A program made the translations under genes and the position numbers. DNA of 64,000 bases, taken from NCBI GenBank assembly GCA_951406725.2, contig OX597816.1, forward strand, positions 61,194,001 through 61,258,000. Direction: 5' to 3'. Within the stretch, counting starts at the first letter, position 1, and each line of letters begins with the position of its first letter. Shown here piece by piece: positions 1 through 13,111 of the stretch. Source of the stretch: Octopus vulgaris. Taxonomy: Eukaryota. The notes under the pieces were generated by a model that did no database searches, was not told the DNA's origin, and saw nothing but the letters and a program-made list of their open reading frames with translations.

Positions 1-210
1 CAAGCTGTCAGAACTGTTAAGTACATCATGCAAAATGCTTAGTGGCATTTTGTTGTCTTTAGGCTCTGAGTTCAAATTTCACTGAGATTGACTTTGCTTT
101 TCATCCTTTTGGGATCAATAAAATAAGTATCAATTGAGCACTTGGGTTGATGTAATTGACTTACCCCTCCCCAAAACTGATAGCCTTGTGCCAAAATTTA
201 AAACCAATAT
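1..210 (+). mobile_element. tRNA-type SINE, family 1 (about 200 bp)
   Basis: B-box-like gagttcaaatt, then gactttgcttttcatcc and a ccttgtgccaaaatt end. Related copies at about 18208-18415 (-), 38560-38750 (+, decayed) and 58428-58625 (+). Confidence 0.75.
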
Positions 211-1172
211 TTTGCCACAATTTTTTATTTTATTTTATGAAATCTTTAATGTTATATTTCTTTAAATTTTATAATTGAAACAACACTCTAATCTCAAAGA
301 GAAAGGTTATATTTCTGATTGAGTATACTTCGTAGAAAATAGCTATTTGAGGTGTTGGTTGTTTTACTTTTAATTCTGATGTAGTTTAGATTTTTGCATG
401 TTCCAGACTTTCTTTTATTGTATGCTTTGAAGTATACTGTGTTTTTAAAGGGATCTCTCCTAGAATGTAATACCACAACTACCAACATTTAACAACACAC
501 ATGATGTGATATTGATAATATTTTTATAGTTTATTTCTCTTATATATTTTTGTTATATAACCTTTTGTTAAAAATAGCTTTTTTTTTAAACATTTTGTGT
601 AAGTTTGTCTAACACTTAATTATTTTTAATTTCTTTAGTAGATAATATTTATTTATTTAAAAATCCCAGTCGTTTAACTATACTCTTTAAAGTCTAGCTT
701 AAACAAGTTACGGTGCCAAGAAGTCTTCTGAAGTTTCACATTGGTCATGTGGCTTATGTGCTCTCTGTTGATGTAAGAAATATATTCGTCTTACTACAAA
801 CAGAGCAATTGGAGTTGGTAGTACCATGAATTGAGAAGTTGAAGGCTCTTTGTACCACAGCCTGTGTGTGAAAATGCCTGTTTGTATTAATTTTTTTTTG
901 CCTGAAAATTCTCACTTTTCCAGATTGTCACTTAGACATTTACTAACATAACCAAGTGTACCGGTAATTATTGGTATAAACATGGATTTGTAATTGGGGT
1001 AGAAGTGTAGGTTTTGAAGCAGTTGTGCATAAATATTCTATGTTTTGCAGATCTCTTGGAAGAGATTATCTGCAGGGCAGTTAAACTGTATGATTTTTCT
1101 TTTCTGTTTTAAATAACTGTTTAGAGTTGGTAGAAGTATTGATGAGAATGTTCCACCAGTCTTCTGTATGTA

Positions 1173-1920
1173 TGATGGTCAACTGAAAAGTTCATAGGCT
1201 GATCAAGATACTCATGGAATGTAACCAGTTGTGGTTTATTATTCAACAGGAACAACATACTCTTCTTCCATCAGTGTTGTCTTTTGCATCCCCAAAAGCT
1301 GAGTCCATCACCTTCCCTGCAGATGAAACGACCTTGGCCTTCTTTGGAGCTGATGTGGTGGGGTGTTTCCACTGCATAGATTGTCTCTTTGTTTCTGGCC
1401 AACACTTATTCTGGTTTTCGGAAATGTTTATTGGAACCAGCTGGATCTGCCTGAAACAATGTCAGGTTCTGTTATGATGTGATCAGCCTGGTGCATTTTT
1501 GATAGGGTGTCAGATGTGGCAGCCACTGAGCAGAAACTTCAGTCATACCGAGTTCATTGTGCAGAATATTCTCAATCTGTCATAGGATTTGCTATTTGAT
1601 TTATAATCAGTTGCCTGTCCCTTCCCTTCTTAAATTCAGCTGCCCACTTTTGCACTGTTGATACAGCTTGAGCATCGACCCCTAATGTTGCAAGTGTATC
1701 GGCATGAATGTCCTTGGGGGTTAAACTCTTTTCCTGTAGATACTTGTTAACACCACAAACCAAATTTTGCCCATTTTCAAGAGAAGTTGCTACTAAGTAT
1801 TTTTGAAGTCTTTGAACAGTGTACCTGAAAGAAACAATGCAGATGTTAAGTTGAAATTAATGCATGCAGCTCTAGCATCACCCCTTCGTAGCCAGTCTAG
1901 AACTTTTCAGCTTACTCTTG
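1173..1920 (-). mobile_element. Internally deleted mariner element
   Basis: TA-flanked imperfect TIRs (tgatggtcaactgaaaagttc / gaacttttcagcttactcttg). The minus-strand ORF 1572-1763 has a mariner HTH-like segment, KDIHADTLATLG...STVQKWAAEFKKGR. Confidence 0.8.
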
Positions 1921-3002
1921 TATTTAGTAGCAGAGTTGTATATATTTACCCCAGAGCAATCTTTTCTGTGGATGGCTTTGTATGTTATTTTAGCAACAAC
2001 ATCCTGTCATACATCAATGAACTTTTGAGTAGGTGCTGATTACATCATGTATGATATCTGTCACAGAAGAGTAACACAACTGACTCATACAATTTGAGAG
2101 TTTAAGGGCTTAATTGTCTCATTTGTTTATTAGGTATTTTGTTAGTATGTCCTCATGGGTTGCAAAAGCATAATCTTTATGATGACATGCTGTAATCGTC
2201 ATGAGTCTAAGATAGGCTATACTTCATATTAATATTACCATTTTCAAGTTTACAGAAAACATACATTTATTTAATGGTTAAAATTTTTATGCCAAACAAT
2301 ATTAAACATATTTTTGTAAACATCAATTTGAGGTTGAAGAAGAGTGAAAAAAAAACCACCTTTGGGACATGAACTCTATGCCTGTTGCTTGCATGCTTTT
2401 ATTTTACTGATTAGACCACACTGAGCTTAGGCTTCTGTTACTGTGTTTAACAGCAAAATATTGAAGTTGGATTTGTTACAGACAAAAGTTAACTACTAGA
2501 ATATGAATAATTAATTACTTACTAAAATTTTTAATATAAGCTATATAAATTTTATACTTTTGTAAATGTCAACTTGAGATCAAAGAAACTAACATCTGAA
2601 ATTGGTGTATACACAGATATCATCATCATCATTTAATGTCTATCTTCCATGCTGGCATGGGTTGGACAGTTTGACAAGAGCTGGTAACCAGAGGACTACA
2701 TGAAGCTCCACAGTCTATTTTGGCATGGTTTTTATGGATGGATACATTTCCTACTGCCAACCACTTTACAGAGTGGACTGGGGGCTTTTTAAGTGGCACA
2801 AGTACTAGCAAAGTCTGCTTTGGCATAGTTTTTACAGCTGGATGCTCCTTCTAACACCAACCATTTTACAGTGGACTGACTACTTTTTATATGGCACCTT
2901 GCTTACTCGATGGAAAAGGATTGGGCCATCACTGACCAGTGGTTCATTGTCTGGTGTATACACAGATATACTTAATAATGTTGCTTTTATATACATATAT
3001 AT

Positions 3003-3345
3003 ATCATCATCATCATCGTTTAGCGTCTGTTTTCCATGCTAGCATGGGTTGGACGGTTCTGCTGGGGTCTGTGAAGCCAGAAGGCTTCATCAGGCCCAGT
3101 CAAATCTGGCAGTGTTTCTACGGCTGGATGCCCTTCCTAACGCCAACCACTCCGTGAGTGTAGTGGGTGCTTTTTACGTGCCAGACAGAGCTAGCAAGCG
3201 GCCACGAACGGATGGTGCTTTTTATGTGCCACCGGAGGCTGGCAACGGACACGAAACGGGGCGGTGCTGGCAACGGTCGCGAAACGGAAGGTTCTCTTAC
3301 ATGCCACCGGCACTGGTAACACATCTGCAATTTCCATTGATCGAT
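3003..3345 (-). mobile_element. 3-prime tail fragment of the RTE LINE family seen at 40166-42274
   Basis: (CAT)n, ccatgctagcatgggttggac and ggatgcccttcctaacgccaacc are the reverse complement of the LINE end. Related tails at about 2620-2900 (-), 35290-35560 (+), 39472-39700 (-), 45660-45890 (+), 49170-49470 (+) and 49850-50130 (-). Confidence 0.8.
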
Positions 3346-4527
3346 TTCCATATATATATATATATATATATATATCAACTGTGATCCCCAATTTCATGCT
3401 GTATCTCCAAAACAAAGTCTGGTAGAGTAAAACTGATGGCATATTTGGTATAAGTGCCTCAAACATATTCCAGGGTGGGTGCTAGAAGTTCTTCGTTTTT
3501 GCTGCCTTGTATATCAAAGGCATTCCAGCCATAACCATCCTAACTTTTTTTCAAACTAGGACTACATTTTCCATTTCTTTTTTTTTTTTTAGAAGCAGGG
3601 TGTAATTTGAATGAGATTTGGCTGCTTTTTCTAGCAGTTGGAGTATTGAGCAAAGATTTAGATTAGATTAATGTCTTTGGTTTTGCAAAATAAAACTAAA
3701 CCATATCTTTGACAAGCCACTTAAATAACAGTAAAGTACCATTTCTGCCCTAGTAAAGCAATTCATTTTTATATCAATTTTTGCTTCATTTATTTATTTA
3801 TACTTGGAGTGCAAATATTAAACAGGCTTTTAATGATTTATGTCAAAGCATAGGGCACCAAAAATCTTCTTGTTTATTAGACCAAGGAGTAATTCAGGTC
3901 AGCAATGTGGAAGAAACTTCATAAGTTTAGTCACAGTCATGCTCATAAGAATATATGTATGCATCTTCATCAAATCAGTGAGGGAACTGCTATGTAGTGT
4001 TCGACCTGCTAGAAAAAGCAACCACATTCCATTCATTGAGTTAGACGTTACCAGTAAATGAAATGATGAAAGAAAGTAATTAGAAATTTATATGTATTAT
4101 TCGGGGTGGGTTGTGAGTGGGTATTTTTTTGCTGAGGACTGAGTTTTTTTGTGTTCTATTTTACCTGTCTTGACCTGAAAGGACAAAATTTTCAATGTGG
4201 GACTTTGCTTTGAGTAAAAACTAATTTTTAAAAGATTTTCTGGGGTTATTTATGATGTGATATAAAACCATAAACAAAAAATCTCAAAATCTTTTGGCAT
4301 TTAAGGACATGTTAAAAGTGAAGAACTACATTTTAGAACCAAAACTTATTTAGCATTTTTCTAAATTTTACTAAGTGAAAATATAGTTCCTAAAATAATA
4401 ATTATTTTTATGTAGTATATTTAATTGTTTATTTCAGATTTGAAAGACTTTAACAAAACTGATGTAAGATTTTTCTATATTCTCTAATTTTTTATTTCAA
4501 AGCTAAGGACCAGATTGTAAGTACTTA

Positions 4528-5887
4528 TCATAAAAAGCCATGTAATTTGTGCACCTGTGTAATTTACGCAGGTGACTCTCAGGATAAAATTTGCTAAAAA
4601 AAGTTTCTCATGTAAAATTCACACCCACAAGTTTACAGAATTGCCGATATGGCCAGCGGGGAAAAAGGTTTTCAATTTAGTTGTATTTAGCATAATTTCA
4701 CTTAGTTATGATTAGATTTTATTAAATCTTCATTAAATAAAAATAATTTCTGTTTAACAGGTATCACACTGAAAGCTATTAAATTATGAAGTCTTTGTGT
4801 TATTTATAATAAACTTTATTTTACATCTTGCCCACAAGAGATTATATCGAAACTCAAGCATACTTCTGTATGTCTTCTCAAATCATGATCACAGGAAAAG
4901 TTGTTGATAATTCTTATCAACAAAATTAAAGCTGATAAATATGCACAAGTGTTGCAAAATAAGTTTAATTACCAATAAATGTCAGCTTGGATGACACTTT
5001 ACTCAACCGACAGAGAAAGGTGACTGATCAAACTGATTATGTAAGCTGAATTCTGATTGGTCGAAAGTGTCTTCTTGTCCCAAGCTCTGATTTTCTGCCT
5101 ATTCTTGTCGAAACCTTTGATATGGAGTATCAAAATTTTAATCCCTTTCACACTTATAAAATGTCAAGCAAACTTTAAAATATTTGCCATTACCGTTTTA
5201 GCCGGGAGACCCAACTGATAGTTTGGTAACCCACTAAAATAAACATTAAAACTCGAAAGGAGAAAATAAACTGCTTTGCAAGTTTAACTCAGTGTTTATT
5301 GAACAAGAGAGGTGCGAAATTTAAGAAGCAACTTGTTAGGATATACACGTCTGTAAGGAGACATAAACAAGAATAGCAAAAATCTACTATACCAAAAGAA
5401 CTGGTAATACATACATTACAAGTGTTCTTTGAAGAGAACATAAGATTGTTGCATAATTCAACCTGAATGTGAAACATTAAACATCGTATAAGGTAAATGA
5501 AGGGTTCTGTAGGAATGCTAAGTCATATTCATTTGGTGAGTTTACATGCGCAAGGATGAATTATGTTGTTGTCGGCATTAGATTCAATAAAATATGGTCC
5601 AGACCATGATTACCAACATGAACATCAAACTTCAAAAAGTAGTTAACCGTTTTAGTAAATTTATACAGAAAAAGTAAGCATTATACTGACCAGCATAAAT
5701 AAAAATCAACTTCATTATATTTTTTCTGTAAAAACCTATTCTGAATGTTTACATTTGTACGTCATTTTGCAACAATAAAATTTCTAAAGACATTCTGGAA
5801 ATGATCTACTCGTGTAATTTACGCATCACCTAAAGTTTATTTTGGTTTTTGTGAAAAAGAGTGTGTAAATTATATGGGTTTTTACAG
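4528..5887. mobile_element. Non-autonomous DNA transposon, probably Tc2/pogo-like
   Basis: Decayed TIRs (aaaaagccatgtaatttgtgcac / gtgtgtaaattatatgggtttttacag) and a subterminal gtgtaatttacgca repeat near both ends. An inverted homolog lies at 44036-44665. Confidence 0.65.
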
Positions 5888-7666
5888 TGTATTTGAGACT
5901 TCCTTTTAATGAGACTACAGATAGCTGCTAAAGACTCAAACTGAACTGTTATACATCTCTGGGAGCAGATGTATGCTCTGATGGCAGATGTTGTGTGTAA
6001 AAAATCTCAAGATGAAGACATTTGCAAAACTGTGTGTTTTGTAAGTCTAATGCATATAAATGGTTTGATGCAGACAACCTCACAACCATGTCTGCCCTAA
6101 ATAGTAAAATTGGACTTTGTAGGCTGTGAAGAAAGAGTCAGTGTTGAAGCCATTTCTTTGGCAAAATAAATCTGTTGTTAACAATACTCATGTAGCTTTC
6201 ATAAAACTAGTATTGCATGAGTGGAAAGAGATCACCTGTAGCACAACAGTTGTTTGATTTTATACTTGAGCAGTCATTTATATTTTACAAAGAGAAATAT
6301 TTTATTAGACATAAATGATTCCAGACAGGTGCAGTCTATGACTACATCCCTTTATCAAACAGCTTACTTGAGCAGATACTGCTTAGTAATCTTGTTTGTG
6401 CCAAGCCATTGCTACTTCCATGTGCTCAGTTAAGAGAACAAACCAGGATTTGCTGGCTATCTGACCTTGCTGATAAAAAATGTAAAAACAATCCTTATTG
6501 ACTATCATGTAGGCTGGGCACCTGTAAAGATGAACAGCATACCACAAAGTGATATTAGTCATCGTCTTTTTGGGAGAGGTATGTTTCCAGATTGTGAAAA
6601 GAGTAAAATTGCAGTACAAGCATCATAAGTATTAGGTCTGGACACTGATGTTGCACGAGTAACTCCTCTCCATAACACTAATTGCAGATCAGTAGAAAAA
6701 CCTGCTGACAATCTAAATATGGAGAAGTACTTGACCAAGTTCAGCTATCTTGCTTTCCAGTTGGCCCAACAGCCAATATGCTGTTCAAAGCACAGAAAAT
6801 CAAAGATCACATTATGCTTTACAAATAACCATGTCAATGAGTATGTGGTCAACCATTGCTGTCTTCAAATACCTAGATGCTATGGAGCAACAAAAAGAAA
6901 CAGAACAAATATTAGTTGAGGGAAAGCCTGGACAAGAAAGTGAAGGTCACTGATTTTGTTGACCAACTTGTGAAATGCAAAAAACTTGGAGCATATCTGT
7001 CAGACAAAAAAAATAATGCTTATCTGTAAGAAAGTACTTGACCTAAAAAATCACTTGAGTCAGTGGATGCTATACCAGCAGATTACTTATGAATGTGATT
7101 CAGATATTTGCAGTGACCATTATGAGGTCAATAAATTGTTAGAAAATGAAGTGTTTGAAAATCTTTCATTCTCAGAGATGATTATCAACCAGAAGAGGTA
7201 TTGGTGTTAATGTGTGAGGATGAGATAATGAAAACATTGACAGTAGTTCAAATGTCACGGGAGATCTCTCAGAAAGACCCTGTGTTTTGGTCCAATCAAT
7301 CACCCAGTTTCATCTGGGATGAGGGAGGCAACAAGATTGTATATTGGGTTTTGTTTGTGGTAAAGGCAATAGAATCACCTGTGAGCTAGCATTGGAGATA
7401 AAATTTGGCTACAGCTATCTAGCAGGCAAGATATATAGGACATTATTAAACAGCAGATTGTATTGATGGCAGTTTCAGGAACCTGGGACTTACATTAGAG
7501 GAAGTCGTTTTGTTTCAATAAAATCAACGATGTTTAGTGAAATAGGCTAATTAAAGTAAGTTTTGGCTCTAAAATATATTTCTTGACAGGTAATTGTATT
7601 AGTCAATTATGTTTATGACTTTATCATAAATAATCATAGAAAACTTGCATGAAATTTTTTATTTAA

Positions 7667-8689
7667 CCCTTTCGTTCCCAAACCGCCCAAAGCCGCCCGA
7701 ATTTACCTATTCATATTTAAATGAGAATATCAGAGCAAATCTCTTTAGTACATTCGTGAAAACACTTGATTATGCTTTGTAAACAGTTCATCTACAGTTT
7801 TGTACAAAGATTGACGTGTAATTTTAATTCCCTGAATTTTGGGAGATTTTTTTTGGCATCGATTTTTCTTCAACTTTGAAAATAGATAGTTACATGTTAT
7901 CAAGCATTGATTCCGAATTGGAAAATTTGTGAAACAAATACTGGGTAGTTGTGGATTTAGTTTTTATACAGGGAAACTAATGTTAGTCAGCATGGCTTAG
8001 GGTATGATGTGGTCTGGAAGTTATTGTTTGAAGCGATCAATGAGGAAACAAACTTACGCAGAATGTAAACAAACACAAAATGGGGGTTCAAATTTCGGAA
8101 AATTTGTGAAGCAAATACTGGGTACTGCGTGGATTTAGTTTTTATACAGGGAAAATAATGTTAGTCAGCATGGCCTAGGGAACGATGTGGTCTGGAATTT
8201 ATCACTTCCATACCATAACCAGGGCCGTATATTATTTTTTGACCGATTTCTTTAGTTCAGTCAAACTTACGGTGGATTCTAGTATTTCACTTTATTCCAC
8301 TTTTATGGTACACCTGTTGTGCATTAAATTCAACTGATGATATAGTGATGTGCACAATTCTTCTTTATCAAAATTTTGTTGCATACCCATTTGAATATTA
8401 GCTGATGATTCATTTTCTATGGTGATGTTTAAACAAAATTTTAATATTTTTACCTTTTGCTCAATTTACCTGGATTTACCTGTAATTAAAGTCACTTTGA
8501 GACAAAAGTTATGCAATAGGATTGATTAAGAACCCTTTCTTTAATTATGTTCCAAATATCACATTAATATGTTGATAAGTAAAAAAGTTACAGTTATTTA
8601 ATGAAACAAGCCTAGATTCATGATTATTTTAGAATTTAATTGAAACTCGTGAGGGGTGCATTTTGGTCAGAAATATAGTAACGGAAGGG
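7667..8689 (+). mobile_element. piggyBac deletion derivative, copy 1
   Basis: TTAA|CCCTTTCGTT...AACGGAAGGG|TTAA ends. Frameshifted core transposase remnant KWGFKFRKICEANTGYC...YTGK...HGLGNDVVWNLSLPYHNQGRILFFDR. Confidence 0.88.
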
Positions 8690-9311
8690 TTAAAGCGGAA
8701 CTTGAGTTATGGAAAAAAAAAAAAAAACTCTTAAAATCAACTCTTGCTACAAAAATTAAGGTATGGTGTTGCAAAAAGGTGCAACACGCTTTCTCCTGGA
8801 CCTCAGGCTTAGCATTTTTTGTTTTACTTCATGTTAGGATTGGCAAAAATAGAACACAAAATCTCAATCCTTATATAAAAAAAAAAAAAAATTTGTTTAC
8901 CTCTATATAGCACTCCTATTATTAGTATTTCAGCACCATCATCCACTTCCTTTGGTGCTATGGTCATCATTTTCCTACAGGTTTTTTTTTTATCTATTTA
9001 AATATCTTATTCTGGTGTTTGTCTATGTTTTCCAGTTATTTTAGCATGTTTTTGTGAATGTCGTTGCTATTATGTTAAACTGTCATATGTCCAAATTTGG
9101 CCAAATATGTTTTTTTTAAATATTTATTGTTGCTTGCAATAGCCCTTTCGTTACCATATTTATTTTGAGATGCTTTGTAGTTCTTTCAATTACTTTAACC
9201 CTTTAGTGTTTAAACCGGCCATACCTGGCCAAAATATTCTACCTATTTTATGTTCAAACTAGTCAGATATGGTCATTCATAGCTATCTTATTGTGTCATT
9301 TTAAAAATAAA

Positions 9312-9531
9312 CCCTTTCGTTACCATATTTATTTTGAGATGCTTTGTAGTTCTTTCAATTACTTTAAATATAGCAATGAATTTAGTAAAATAACTTAGTT
9401 ATCATTAAGCTAGTGTTAGGAACATAAATTTTGACTAAGGTTTGGTGGCAGATTTTATTCAGAACTTTTGAAAACAAGATATTTGTACTACAGAGTCAGA
9501 GGCAGTTTCAACCAGGTTGTTATCGAAAGGA
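9312..9531. mobile_element. piggyBac-type MITE B (about 220 bp)
   Basis: CCCTTTCGTTAC...TATCGAAAGGA|TTAA; ends match the 7667 and 33789 family. Other copies at about 15576-15782 and 32695-32916. Confidence 0.8.
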
Positions 9532-9674
9532 TTAAATGCCAAAATATCAAAAATGGTCAGACTGTAATACAACGGTTTTGCTAAGGAATGATGAAACTAT
9601 TTTCTTGTTTTCTGGAAAAAGCAACATTTTGGACTTAAGACACTTTTGCATAATAGCAACGATGTGTAATTGTG

Positions 9675-10050
9675 GTGGCTGTGTGGTAAGAAGTTTCTTT
9701 CTCAACCACATGGTTCTGGGTTCAGTCTCATTGTGTGGAATCTTGGGCAAATGTCTTCTGCTATAACCAAAGAGTGGATTTGGTAGATGAAAACTGAAAG
9801 AAACCCATTTTATATATATGTGTGTGTGTGTGTGTGTGTCTGTCTGTCTGTGTTTGTCCCTCAATCGCTGCTTGAGAATCGGTGCTGGTGTGTTTATGTC
9901 CCTGTAACTTGGTGGTTCAGCAAAAAAGACTGAAAGAATAAGTATCAGGCTTAAAAAAAAAAACAAAAAAAAACACACTGGGCTCATTTTGTTCCACTAA
10001 AATTTTGCAAGGTAGTGCTCCAGCGTGGCCAGTCCAATGGAAAGATTAAA
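9675..10050 (+). mobile_element. tRNA-type SINE, family 2 (about 380 bp, internal TA/TG microsatellite)
   Basis: A-box-like tggctgtgtggtaag and B-box-like ggttcagtc head; ggatttggtagatgaaaactgaaag core; ctccagc tail. Confidence 0.85.
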
Positions 10051-10169
10051 GATCAGTTTTTAGTTTATCAAGTATGTTTTTGTATTATTTTATGTCCACT
10101 ACTACCACTAAATACATGGTGTGTATATGTGAGTTCATAAAAAGGTGTTCGTATGTTTAAATATGTATT

Positions 10170-10542
10170 TTATCTTTTACCTGTTCCAGTCATTAGACTG
10201 TGGCCATGCTGGTGCACCACCTTCAAGTATTTTTAGTTGAATGAATTGATCTCAGTATCTTTTTAAAGCTGGTACCTATTCTATCAGTCTCTTTGCTAAA
10301 CTGCTAAGTTACAGGGATGTCAACATATTAACAATGGTTGTCAAGCACTGGTTGGGGACAGACAGACAAACACACAAGCAGGATGGGCTTCTTTTCAGTT
10401 TCTATCTATCAAATGTACTCAAGACTTTGGTTGACTTGAGGCTATAGTAGTAGACACATACCCAATGTGCCACACAGTGGGATTGAACCGAGAACCTTGT
10501 GGTTGGGAAGCAAGCTTCTTAGCACACAGCCACGTCTGCACC
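10170..10542 (-). mobile_element. tRNA-type SINE, family 2, inverted copy
   Basis: Reverse complement of the same consensus. Confidence 0.85.
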
Positions 10543-10931
10543 TTTTATGTTTTTTTTTATTATTATTATATATAATGAAATAGTGTATTTGTTCGTAGTA
10601 CCAAAGACAGAAGTAGTATAAAATACATGAAATTTGGAGTTGGGAGTTAGTATAATAATATGGGAACAAAGCAGTTCCAAATATACCAACAATGGAAGAT
10701 GCATGATATGTTTAATTGGAAGACACCTAGTTACAAGAAAACTGCTGTTGATTCAAATTTTAGACTTACACTCTTTCAGAGATTTTAAAATAGTAAATGA
10801 TAGAATAAAACATGTTTGAAAAGATTGATTGTGTAACTGATATAACCTAAGGTGGAATAGAAAAAGCATTTTCAATCTTAAAATATATTTATTTAGATTA
10901 TTTCCTTTTTAAATATTTTTCTTTCAAATGA

Positions 10932-11230
10932 AAACTGTTAGATTCACTTCAACATTTAAATTTAATTTGTCAAAATATTTTCATCGTTTTGAGACCGCGA
11001 CCTGTTCACTGACAAAACTTCGTGACGTAGCACGAAGTTTTGTCAGTGAACAGGTCGCGGTCTCAAAGCGATGAAAATATTTTGACAAATTAAATTTAAA
11101 TGTTGAAGTGAATCTAACAGTTTTTGTGTGTTTCTTATGTGGCTTAGAAACACCTTCCAAGCTGCAATTGTTTTCATTCCAGCACACGATCTCAGATCAA
11201 GTCACTCGCTATGCAAGTACATCTCCGTAA
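10932..11230. mobile_element. 299-bp insertion with a 13-bp TSD containing a 94-bp inverted repeat (possibly a Penelope-like inverted terminus)
   Basis: ttctttcaaatga at 10919-10931 and 11231-11243. Arms at 10931-11024 and 11031-11124, 6-nt loop, one mismatch. Confidence 0.75.
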
Positions 11231-13111
11231 TTCTTTCAAATGATATATGAAGAATTAGTTAAATGATAATTAGAATTATAGAGCATAATTTAGCAATAAC
11301 TGTTGACACCTGCTCAACTATTGTAATTTCAAACTATTGTCACACAAACCTGTAGTGTATTGGAATTGTAGGTTGTCGTTTAGTTGATGTTTCTGTATCA
11401 TGACATTGCTCAATTAGAGTTGATATAAGCTATTCAACAAAAACAGTAGTTGATAGAAACTTGCAGGACATTATACTGTTAATCAGAAAACATTTATAAG
11501 GAAAAATTATTTGTAGACATTGATAGAACTTGGGTTGTTTTCTTAACTCTAATTGAGCAAATCTATTGATCAAAGACATTCCAACCATTGCAATTTTATC
11601 CTTTATTGGGATATCTAGAACTACATTGTCTAATTTGTGCTTTTGTATTTTTAAGGTTGTAGGGTGTTTTTTTTTTAAAGATGGTGTTACAAAGGGTTAA
11701 CATTGTGTCTACTATATTGATATTTTCAAGTATTCTCTTTATATGGGGTTGGGCACAGGTACTGGACAACTAACACAATGTTTATCTGGTACTATATTGT
11801 CATTATGGCCAAGAATTACTTAATTCTGAATGTTACAGTCTATTTAGTCTACTTAGCGGAGTCTTTTTTCATTGTTGGAGGTGTATATGTGTGTGTGTGT
11901 GGGGGGGGGGGGTCAGTGAAGTGATACTTAATTCTTGTTTTTCTCTTTGCATATATTATATATATATGATTGTATCTGTTACAGATTACTTTTAATGAGA
12001 TGAAATCAGTACAGTAAATCAGTTTTGCAATGCTGCTCCTGTTTACATTTGTTAACTCTATCTCTCCAAGTGGGACTTTTGTATTCATTCTGGCTGTCCT
12101 TCTGTTTTTAAGACAGTAGGGATAGATTTAGTGACTATCTTTCAGTCAAGTGACCAGATAGAAGTTTCTTCATTGACTCTTGTATGTTAAAGGTTTTAGT
12201 GCTATGACTGCTCTCGTAATGTTATTAACTTCAGTATTTAAAGTATGTTTACCTTTCATCATAACTAGTTTAAACTGTACTGGCCAGTTAATGTTTTAAC
12301 CTATTTTAAATAGTTTCCTTTATTTAATATATAACTATAAAGTAGATTTTAATAAGCTTTATTATTGGTATTGGTTGAATAAAAATTCTAAGTCATATTA
12401 AAGCAATTTTCTTTTTATTAACAATATGAAAGTTTTACTCAATGCACTGTAAAATAGGAAATACTAAAAGTAACTTGTCTGGACAAAAGATAAATATGTT
12501 CTTTTGCAAAAAGCTGGCATATTTTTTGTTGTTGAAGTTCAATTTACATTTACCATTATGCTAGATTTCCATTGTACATAATTTTGTCAACTCATCTCTC
12601 TATCTTAGATAGTTAAATTATGTCTCCGTAAATGTAAAAGGTCATTTGCAAGCCATTTTCTTTTTTGCTAGGTGGGTAATATGTATTTTGTGTGTGATCA
12701 GATTCTTTCTGTTGAATTTTTTGTTTGAATAAAATGAATGTATTGATGTAAAGAAAGATTTGATTCTTTATCAAAGTTATTATAAGCATCCAGATTACTC
12801 TTCCAAATGTAATGCTTATTTATTCACATTGTTTTGAATTAATCATAGGGTTAAACAGGAACAATGCTTATCAATTTCATATAATTTATGAACATCTAAA
12901 TTTGATAACCTTGCATTTTGGTGGTGGACTTATTGCCTGATTTGACATCACCACCTGGCTTATTGGATTCCTTTAGTAATGCCCACTGTATTGCAAGCAT
13001 TCAGACCAGTTCTTTGGTTTGAGAATAACTTTCTCTCTCCTGCTTGCTAGTCTCCGGCTATATATAAATAAGATTGTAGGTACTGCCTTTCTCATTGATT
13101 AAGATTTTCAA

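Noticed and set aside
5930-7500. Several short ORFs in slightly less AT-rich sequence
   Set aside because: No recognisable motifs or consistent frame; probably an old TE fossil I cannot classify.
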